Source: a virus
Length of the DNA stretch: 64,000 nucleotides
IMG/VR virus record: IMGVR_UViG_3300025162_000052
Span: 3,309 to 67,308 of that record
Reading direction: 5' to 3' (one strand)
Shown here: positions 47,292-59,200 of the stretch, piece by piece
Position numbering within the stretch: the first letter of the stretch is position 1
Layout of the letters: every line of letters begins with the position of its first letter
Position numbers and translations under genes: made by a program
The notes under the pieces: model-generated
Told to the model about the DNA's origin: nothing
Database searches by the model: none
What the model saw: only the letters and a program-made list of their open reading frames with translations

Positions 47292-50200
47292 TACAAATGA
47301 TTTATATAATTATTTAAATCCATCTGATAATTCTGATAAAGAAATAGATGAGTTCTTGAAGCGGGCTATAAAAGCCCCTTCTTCTACTCCATATTTACCA
47401 ACAGGTGTTGAAGGTGAAAGTAGAATATATGAAATACCAGAAAATGTAAAAAACTTTGAAGGTTATGTAGATTTAACTAAAACTAATTTAGGTGATTGGA
47501 ATAATGTATTAGAACAACGAGCTAAGAATCAAAGTTCATGGGAAGTAGCAGGAAATGCTGCGAAACGATTTGGAGCTACTACACTAACTAAATTTGGACA
47601 AGGTGTAGGATTTATAGGTGGATTTTTAGATTGGGCATCTGGAGGATTTGGTATAGATAATATATCTAAGATGACTGATAATGGAGTTAGTAAGATGTTT
47701 GAAGGATTAGAAAACTGGGCAAAAGAACAATTACCTATATACCACACTAAAGCATATACAGAGGGTAATGTACTACAAAAAATGGGTACATTAGGATTTT
47801 GGGCTGATGATGCAGTAGATGGATTTGCATTTATGGCTAGTGCTATGTTACCAGGTGGTATATTAAAAGGTATAGGAACAGGTACTAAATTTGGAGTTAA
47901 AGGATTACAATTAGGTAGTAAAATATCAGAAGGTGTTGAAGGATTATTTAATACTGCTAAACAAGAAGGTAAAATATTTACTAATTTAGTTACTAGAGGT
48001 GCAGCAGGGGATAAAGCATTAGAAGGTAGTAAAGTTTATAACTGGGTTAAAAATGCATTTGGTGCAAATAATATAGACCGTAATTTAATTACTACTTGGA
48101 ACACTATAGCTGAATCTGCTATGGAGGCTAGAGATGCTAAAAGACAGACGTTTGAACAACTAGTTAAACAAACTGGTAAAACTGAAGATGAATTAACTCC
48201 ACAAGAAAAACAAGATTTAAATTTAAGAGCTAGTAAAGTAGCATTAAATACATTCGGGGCTAACTTATTTATAGTAGGGTTAAGTGAACATTTTATGAAT
48301 AAGATGTGGGGTACATTAAAACCTGAAGAAAAAGCTATACAAAAGGAATCTAAAAATATATTAGAACCAGTATTAACACCATCTATTAAAGATTATGGTA
48401 AAATGATAAAACGTAATGTATTAAGTAATATGTTACGTGAAGGTGTATGGGAAGAAAATAGTCAATTAGCAGTAAGTGACTTTTTCAGAGAAAGCGAATT
48501 AGGTAAGGATAATAGAGATTTTGTATCTGGGTCATTTGGTAATATGATTAAAAACTTTACTACTGATGAAGGGCAACAAAATATTATATTAGGAGCAATA
48601 ACAGGTATATTACCTGGAGTATATCATGGTTATCATCAAGTTAAAGCTGATAATAAGTTTAGTAAAAGCATGCGTGATAATTTAGTTTATCATTTTAATA
48701 ATATTAAACAAGGTATTACTTATGCTTATGAAAAAGATGAACAAGGTAAACCTATATTAGCTAAACCTGAAGATATTTATCAAATAGATGGTATTAAATT
48801 AAATCCAACTAAATTAGACGAACTACATAAAGGATTAGCAGATTGGTTTGAGAAAACTGGTATAGTTGCTCAAATAGATCCCAAAGGTGTGGGTAGTCAA
48901 ATTAGAGATTTATTAGATTCTAAAGCAATGTATTATTATTTAAATCAAGATGGTGGGTTAGATGTACTAAAAGGACATGTTAAACTTGCTACAGAACAGA
49001 ATTTAAGAGATGCTGAAAAAAATGGTATATTAACTCCAGAATATGAAAAAGAACAAAGAGAGTTAGCAGATAATAGAATAGCACAAGCTGAAAAGTTTAA
49101 CGCATTAAATAAGCACTTACAACAAGGTAGAATAACTAATATTGATTTAGGTAAAGAGAATGATGAAGTTAGAAGTTTCAGAGAAGTTATGTTAATGAAA
49201 CAATATGATAAACTTACTGATGTTCTAGCATATAGACAATCATCTAATAAACAAGGTGAAGACACTTATCATAATTATGATGGTTCACAGGTACAGGAAC
49301 AAAAGAAAATACAAAGTACTATAAACTTAATTAATCAAGACAAATTAAGTGAAATAGATGATAAATATTTGCAACAAATTGGTATAACTAAACAAGCTTT
49401 AACTAATTTACCTAGTAATGAAATTATATCAGTTAAAGAAAAACTATTAAATAGTCTTAATAAACAAAATGATAATTTAAATAAATCTGTAGAAAAAGAT
49501 AGAACTAGCTTAAAAGATGCTAATAAAGAGTATGAAAGACTTACTAGTGAAAAAGGAATAAAAGAAGAATTTGAACTTTATAAAAAAAGTAAAGTAGAAC
49601 ATGAAGTAAAGGAAAAAGAAATTAAAGATACTATTAAAAAAGATAGAGAGTCTTATAAAAGTAATACAGCATTTGATATATTAGGTAATGATTTATTTAA
49701 TACTGAAGATAATACTAATACTTTATATGGTAAATTTGTAGATGAAAGTAATATACACCCTGACCATAAAGAAAAACATAAAAAAGAATATAGAGTTAAA
49801 GAAGATTTTACAGATAGTTTAAAAAATGCTGAACAAGTTATTAATGATAATATAGAAAAGTTCTATAATAAAGATGGTGAAATAGATAATAATGCTGTAC
49901 AACAATATGCAGCAGAAGCTAATATACTAAAATCTTTATCACCAGAAAATGCAGTTAAAGTTATTAATCAAGTACTACAAGAAGATAAAAGTATAGAAAA
50001 TAAACAACAAGTATTAGATAAAAATAATAAGGTATTAAATACTTTAGGTAAAGATGGAGAAGAACTTTTTCCATTATCTGATGATATTAAAGATATTAAA
50101 GATAAAGATAAAGTTACATTATCAGAACAAGAATCAACTAGATTAGAGAATACTGAAAAATCTATAATAGATAATTTAGGGGTTAATAGAATTAAAGTAG

Positions 50201-53200
50201 TTAATAATACTAATCTAAATGATGTTAAATATTTTGAAACTACTGATAACATAACTGATTTAGTAAAGGAATTTGATAGATTAGGCTTAAAAGATTATTC
50301 ATATTTTAGAGTAGAAAATAGTTCTATAGAAGCTTTAGAAAATAATCTTAAACAATATATAGAACATATACCAGAATCAATAACTAAGTTATTTACTCAA
50401 TTAAAAAAACAATTAGAAGATTTAAAACGTGTACAATCTAAAGGTAAAATAACTAAGTTAATTGCTAATAATTTAAAACGTATAGATGAAAGTTTAGCTA
50501 AATTAAATAAAGAATTAGAAAAACTTACATCTGAAAATACTAATGTTAAAAGTTCGGTATTATATTCAGTACTAGAACGTGGTAATAGAATAGGTGCAGG
50601 AGTACATGAAAAAGTTTCCTATATGCCATTTGCAGAAGGTGAATATCAAGATAAAATTCCTGGACATGATTATAGTGGGGAGGTACTTGATAATTATGCT
50701 AAAATATTAGATGAAAAAGTATGTGAATTTCATGTAAGACCAGATAGTAATCAATCATATAGTCAAGATAATGCTGCTGAAAAATATATTAATAATGAAT
50801 TTGCTAAAGGTAAAGGATTAAAACAAATATTAGTAGAACTTAGAAAAAATGTATTTTTATTAGGAGAGTTAAAAACTGCAATGAATAGTTTAGATTATAC
50901 AGATGTAGATGATATAGGACAACAAGAATTAGCAATGTACGATTTGGTTAATATTAAGTTAGTAGACGAAGATAAAACTAGAAATCCTGATACTATAGAA
51001 TTATGGATACATAAACCACGTGTATTGATATATGAACGAGAGAAATTAAATAAAGAGTTAAAAGATGTAGAAGATGAGCAAGAGATTAAACGTGGAGAAA
51101 ATATACTAGAATCTACTGATGAATCTTTAGATAATCTACGAGAACGGCGAAAAATATTAATAAATAATATACGTAATAATCCTATCATTAAAATTGATAG
51201 AAAAATAGGTGGTAGAATATTTGTAGGAAATACTAAAGTTGGATATGATAAATTTGCAGGTCAATTATCAGGTAAAATAGAGGGTATTTATATAAAGACT
51301 GAATCTGGTAAGTTTGAAGGGATAGATGGAAAAGTATTAGATACTAAAATATCAGATAGTTTTAATGACTACACTTCAAATGGTAATGTAATAGTAGCTG
51401 TAAAAGATGGTGATAATATTAGACTTATTTTATTAAATGTAGATAACATAGGAGAAGAAACTATTCCGTTAATACTACAGATATTACAACATAAAGTTAA
51501 TAATGAACCACATACTCAAGAAATCACAGTAGATGGTCATATTAATGGTAAGTCTATAAAACTAACAGGACAATTAGGTGATGTATTTGATACATTCTTA
51601 AAGTGGAATCCTTATGTTAGATTAGATAGGGATGGTAATGTAGTTAGAGAATTATCTGATAATAAAACACCATACAGATTTGAATTAGGTAATAAAGAAG
51701 GTAAATATGGTATATTATTTGGTAAAGATGGGTTTATTAGTAAAGATGCTATTAATGACTTAACTAATCCTATATATAAAGATCAATTAAATAATTTTAC
51801 TAAATGGCTACAAACTACTAAGAGATATAATATTGATAAAAGTAAGTTAGGTAAAATTAGTAATGTATTATTAAATAAACAGAAACTAGATTATAATAAC
51901 TTTATAACAAACTTCTTATCTACTAAAGTTCAAGTATCTGGTAAAGGAAAATCTGCCAGCGTGTCTAGTTTTCCTACATTAATATTAGACTACGATGGTA
52001 TAAAATATGAGAAAACATTAGAAGTTGTATCTAAATATGAAGATGTATTAGATAAGGAATTAACATTCGAAGAATTTGTTAATAAAACAGGTGTAGATAA
52101 TAAAGCATTAGTAAATGTATTAAAACAGACTATAAAATCTGTACAGGATAAGACTGGTAAAGAGATAAAGATCGTTATAAAAAGAATGGATGATTATGGA
52201 TTCATTACTGATAATACTATCACTCTGTCTACCAATACTTTAGAAAACCATACATCTAGTTCTATATTATCTACTATAGCTCATGAGATATTACATGCTT
52301 ATATAAATAATAATATAACGTCTAAACAACGTATTGAATTAGCACAAGAATTTAGTAATATATTAACTGCTGTAGTTAAGAATAGTATATTAGATGATAA
52401 TACTGTAAATAGTCTATTAATTAATTGGATTACTAGAAGTAGAGAATTACCTAAAAGTGACCCTACTAATAAAGATAGATTAACTATAGAAAATGAAATA
52501 GCAGAATATGTTAGAAAAACTGTTAATAAAAATAATTTTACTGAATATAAGATTAAAAGTATTGCTAAAACATTAGTAATATTATGTAATCAAACTGATG
52601 TAACAGATGAATTAATAACTTATACTAGCACTAATCCTATATTCGCTAAGTTTCTACAAAGTATTAATGTTGAAACTACTAATGAAAAGGGAGTAACTGT
52701 TAGTAAGAGTTTATATGCAAGAATAATGGAACTAATTCATAATATAGTTGATGCTATTATACCTAAGTCATCATTTACTAAAATATACGATATATTAGCT
52801 GAAAATGAGATAGAGAATAAAGAAAAGATAAGTGTTCAATTTGTAACGGAAAAAGTTGATACTAAATCTATAGTTAAAGAAACTGAATTAGAAAAGATTG
52901 ATAGAGAAGAACAACTAAAAAAAATAAATAAAGACTTAGAAAAAGAATTAGATAGAAATGAAGTATTTGGAATAGATAATAGAATTTATTTACCTAATAA
53001 TGAAATAACAGTTTATGATAAAGAAGGAAATAAGCACATTTTAGATGGTAGAGTTGTAGAAAGTGGTGCTGGAATGGGAGTAAAAACAAAATGGATATAT
53101 GATGGTAAATTAGGAGATAGACTAAAAGGAAATATTCCAGACTTATATTATAAACCTATACAAGAAATACAACAAAAATATCAACAAAAAAGAGATGAGT

Positions 53201-56200
53201 TAAATAAAGAAGTTCCAGTACAAGAAGAAACTATATCTATTTCAGAAGATGTTAAAAAAGACATTAATAATGATGCAGAACAGTTTATAGAACAAATAGT
53301 AGATGGAACAATAATAACTTCTAAAGAATCATTAACACAGGAAGATTTAAAAGTAGCTGCTGATGGTATATTTGCATGGTTAGTAGATGAACAACATATA
53401 GGATTAAAAGGTGAAACTATAGAAATACCATTTAAAAAAGATACTAAAACACAAGGTTCAGTATTAAGTAAATTAAATAAAGTTATAGAATTACAGAAAG
53501 AAGTTAATCCGGTATGGGCTGCTAACTTAAAACTACTTACTGAAAATATAGATGAATTAGAAACTATATTTAAAGCACAATTAAATAAATATAAACTTAG
53601 GTTTGATGAGAATAGAGAAGTAAAAGATGAAGATAGAAGTAAATCTGATACTAAAGATGAAGAGTCTACTAATATGGCAGGTATACAGGAACATATTAGA
53701 AAACCATACGAGAATGATTATCGTGATAGTGCTAATGGAAATATACGATTTTTAGTAGATAAATTAGCAGATGTAGAAAATAAATTAGATAGTAATGGAA
53801 AAGTAGTGTATAAACGAGATAAGACTTTTGGATTTAAAAAGTTAGCTGATAGTAATACTACTTGGAAAACACTAATGCAGAACTTACATGATGCTAGTAA
53901 TACTGATGATATATTTGGTAAGTATGATAACTATGGTGAACTGATACAGGAAGGTAAATTAGCTAAGTTAGTTAAAAGATTTCCAGTATTTAAAGAGTTT
54001 GCAGATAAGTTTAAAATAGAATGGAAAGACGGTAAAATAGTTAAAACTGGAGTTCCTAAAGAAAGATACGTGCAATTATTTAACGTATTTGAAAAGTGGG
54101 AACATATATTCTACAAAACTAGTATAAACAACACAGATAAAGGAATATTTTATAAGAGTCTAAACCAAACTAAAATGGAGACTCAAACTAGTATAATGGA
54201 ACAATGGACTAATAGTTTTATTAATTCAGACTTGTTCGACTATACTGATAATAAATATAATAAAGTAGAGTTTGGTAAAGTAAAAGCTAAATTTGATGAG
54301 TTATATAAAGACCTTATAAGTAATAGTGATTTCCAGAATACATATCCGGGAGAAACTAGAGCAGATATAGATACAAGGTCTAAAAAGTATAATACAAATA
54401 TAGAGTTTGAGAAAGCTAAACAAACTATATTAGATATAGTTAATAAATTAGGTATTAAAATAGATATGCCTACAATTGAGTTTATTATAGAAAAAATTAC
54501 TAATTCTTCCAATAGTGGAATGATTAAACTTAATGCACTTATAGGGAGTAAAGGATTAGGATTAAACTATATGATTAATAATATAGATAAAGTGGTTAAA
54601 GGCACTAGTAAAGTGAATGAGAATAACTTAGAAAAGAATAATCATATTAGTGATATTAATAAAGGTGATATTAAGAGAATAGTAAATTTCTTCATACAAC
54701 AACATCCTGAATTTATAGAAACTAATATATCAAGTGTAGAAGATGCAGATTATCATACTATGACATTGCACCATCATATAACTAGAATTGTACAAGATTT
54801 AAAGAATGGTAATTTTAGTTACTTAGATGTATTAAAATCAATGCCACAGTTTTCCAATAGTAGGTGGATTAAACAGATAGACGAGAATAGAAATAATAAA
54901 GAGTTTATAGAGAAGTTAAATGTTATAACGTTTAACTATATGAAAAATGAAAATACAGGTGATATAGGAAAGCAATATACAGATTTATCACAACTAGAAC
55001 AATCAGTACAAGTAATGACTGATTTAATGAGTGTAATTAAGGATAAAGATAATAAGGCTATTTTTACACCTATGACATTCAGTAGTAGAACTAGTTGGTA
55101 TAAATTAACTGGATTTGAACCTATTGATATTGTATTAAGTATAAATAATAAAGGTAACTTTGAGATACTAGATAATACTAGAGATACATTTATAGGGTAT
55201 TTACAAGATGAGTTAAATCGTATAGAACAAGTACAAAAGCAAGTATCAGGTGATTTACCAGAGTCAGATTGGATAGAAAAGTTCCATTATTACACATCAG
55301 CTAAAGAAGCTATTGAACGATGGGGTAAATTAGGTATAAAAATATTAGAGACAGACTTAGAGTGGAATGAAAGTAAAACTAAAGTTGTAGGTTATAATAA
55401 AGGGAATAAAGTTATTCCTATAGGTATGGGAGCAGAACTAAGATTATTTCCAGGATTACAAGAGTACTTATCACCTACTGATACAGGAACATTTGAAGTT
55501 AAGACTGATTTAAATAAATATATAGATAATATTTTACATAGTAGAATTAACGATATAATAAAACGATTTACAGAATTAGGTATAATAAGTAAACTATCAA
55601 ATGGATTATATAAGAATAGTTTAATAGATGGTAATTTATTAGAGAAACATAAAGATTATTATAAAGTTAATGATACAGGATTAACAGAAGAACAGAAAAT
55701 ATTAGTTAATAATTCAATAACTAGTAAAGCTATTCAAAATATAATAACTAATGTAGCAGTTAATCATATATCATCAGGTATAGAATTTGAGAAGTTATTA
55801 GGAATAGAACCGAGTATATGGAAAAGTAGGGGTGATGAAACTAAACGATCAAGTGTTTGGAGTTCTACTAAAGAAACCCAAGATGATAGTACATTATTAG
55901 ATAAAATGTACGAAGGTCAGGTAACTAACAATAAGAGTGAAAAAGGTGAAAGAGTTTATAATGTAGCTATAATAAAAGACATTAAACGACCTAGTTCAGT
56001 ATTTAACGATATATTTAAAATATATAAAGAACAGTATAAAAAAGAGAATCCTACTATAAATGATAAGGATGTAGATAAAATAGTAGCAAGTATATTAAAA
56101 CCATTCGGAGCAAATAATGTAACAGATGGTCAGACTTGGGCTAATCCATACAAGATGATGGATATGATGATTAGGACTGGTAGATGGTCAGATAATCACC

Positions 56201-59200
56201 AAGAAGTATTTGATTACTTAGAAATGAAAGGTAAATGGAATAAACCTATCAATGAAATTCCTATAAGTGATTTAGAGCGTATAAGTGAGTTAGCTCATAC
56301 TATTCAGTTTAATCCAATGAAAACTTTATATTTAGGGTATAAAGAATTAAAAGGTAAGAATAGTAATATATTAGCACAAGTAGTAATGAAACATTCTGAA
56401 GCTACTTTATTTAAACGATTTGTTCAAGATAAAGAGTCTCAGGAATTATATGATAGAATGACCGGTACAGGAATATATCAGGGTATGAACTCTATAGATA
56501 TGATAAGTGCTGAAAGTGTGTTTAAAGGGGCTTTACCAAATAATATTAGTTTATATCAAAAAGGTGAAGATTTAATACATGATAATAATGGAGAGAGTAA
56601 AGTTATACAAACACAGATAACAGATTTAAAGAATATTTATACTTTTCCTTTATTAGCTAAGAATATGGGAGTACAGTTAGAAGTTCCTATACATAAAGCT
56701 GAATTTACTAAATTAGGTACACAAGCTAAAAAGATAGTAATGTCTAATATAGAATATAACACAGAATATACATTAGGTGGTGTAACTATTACAGGAAAAG
56801 AATTACTACCACATCTTAATAATGTGTTATCAATGTTATCTAATAAAGGGTTAGATGATGTTATAAAGGAATTAGAATATAATCCTAAAACTGGTAAAAT
56901 AAATGAACAAAAAGTATTAGATAAAATAGTAGATAATCTTAAACGAAACCAAGTAGGTGAAGAGTTCATAAATGCAGTCAAAAGTGGTATAATGTTAGAT
57001 GCATTTGGTGGATTACGTAATAAGATAGTACAATCACTAAATAAATATATTCAAGATAGAACTGTAGATATTAAGTTAAACGGTGCACCTTTAGTACAGG
57101 TTTCCAGTATGGGAGTATATAAAGGACTTAAAGGATTATCAGAATTAGGAGTTAAAAATTATAAAGAATATAGTGATAAAGTAGGTAAATTACAAATTAA
57201 CTTTAATACAGATGGTAGTTTAAAAAGTTATGATACTATAGTTAATATTGGTATATTTAGAACATTAATACCAGATTATAGTAAGAATACTTTTGAACAG
57301 AATAAAGAGTGGTTAATGAAGAATAAAGAAGTATTAGAGTTATTAGCACATAGGATACCTACACAAGGAGATGCTAGTATAGTAATAGCACAAGTAGTAG
57401 ATGTAGTTCCAGATGGTAGTGGAGATATTATAATATTACCAGATGAAATAACTACTAGTACAGGTAGTGACTTTGATATAGATAAACTATTTGTATTTAA
57501 ATATAATTATAAAGAAGAAAATGGTGAGTTATCTAAAATAGATTATGATGCTGACTCTAGAGAACGTTATATTAGATATGTTAATGAGAAGATAGGTAAA
57601 GAAGTAATTACTGATAAATTTGACGAAGAGACTGAAAAAGGTTTAGTTAAACGTGATAAAGTTATATCATATAAAGAGTTTCAAAAACTTCCATTAGAAC
57701 AGCAACAAACTAAAGAATCATTACAGAATAGACTTATAGATGTATTTAAAAGTATATTACAAAATAAAGCACATACTTTAGAAACATTAACACCACTAGA
57801 TAATAATGATTTAAAAGACCATTCTAATAAGATTGGAGTATTAACAGGTAATACTAGAGATTTGGATGATTTAGAGTTTTATGGATTAGATAATACTATT
57901 AAAATTAAACAGAATTTACTAGGTGGTAAAAGTAATGTAGGTAGTGCAGCATTAAATAGAGTTGATATTCCTATAGCACAACAATTAGGGTACACTATTA
58001 AAGGAATATCTAAAATTGGTGGTAAATTGGGAATAATAATAGATAATGGAAAAGTTATTCCTATAGGTAGATTAAAAGATCAAGTAGAGAATGATAATTA
58101 TTATGATTTATCATTAAGAGATACTAACTTCAAAGATAATGATGGAGTATTAGTAGCAGATAGATTTAATAGATTGTTATCAGCATTTGTAGATATAGAG
58201 AAAGATGACTACATTACTAACCTTAATATGAGTGATTATGTAATTAATATCGCATCATTAATGTATAGATTAGGTATGGGTAATTATACAGAAGTGTATA
58301 CAGCTCAACCATTTATGAAGATGTTAGATGAATGGAAAAGTAATTATGATAATGAATTAGTAAAAAAACCTAGTTATCAAGAGTTTCAATGGAGTGATGA
58401 AATTAATGGTTACAAAAATAAGTTTAATCCATTAGGTAAAGACTTTGATTTCTATATAAAAACTGAAAAGTATTTCAGAGATATATTAGCAGCTAATACT
58501 ATAGAAGATATAGTTAATGGTAAAACTAAAAATGCAGGAGTTAGTAATAAACATGAAACTCAAACATTTGATGAGTATAGATGGTCTCCAGCTCATTATA
58601 ATATGGATTCATTAGCATTTACATATAAACCGTTAGAAGATAGAATGTATGGAACTAATGAAATGTATGAATTTATGAGAATACAACGATGGTTAAATAA
58701 TCCTACTAAAGATAATTTAATACACGCTGATAATTTTAAAGATGGTAGTAAATTTGTAGAAAAAGAAGTAACTTTAGAGATGTTACAAAATTATGCAATG
58801 AAACAACTAGATATGTTGTATCATTATAAATTGTTAGAAAAAGTTGCTAATAAATTACGTGGAGTAACTCTAGCAGGTAGGGCTGATACAGGAAGTATTG
58901 GAAATAACATATATTCTATAGAAGCTCAAACTAATAAAATAAATGAGCTAAAAGACAGCAATGATGTTAGAGAATTTAAATATAAAATAGAACCTTATGA
59001 TAGTACTAATCCAGAAAAAGATAGTATGTTTATAGGTACTAATTTAGATAATCATATAGGAACATTAACTGATATACTTTCAGGTCAGATGTTATGGTAT
59101 AATAATGATTATAAAAATTCCATTGTAAATACAATGTATAGAATGTTACCTACAGGAACAAATACTAGTGAAGAGAAGATTAAGAAGATAGGTAATGAAT

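Noticed and set aside
6193-56981. Minus-strand ORFs in the track (6193, 8667, 14254, 17440, 20201, 21167, 34859, 35842, 35997, 42587, 43350, 47529, 48945, 49968, 50895, 54240, 56637) and plus-strand 31632..31820
   Set aside because: They overlap well-supported genes and have the S/L/I/F-rich composition expected of antisense or off-frame shadows.
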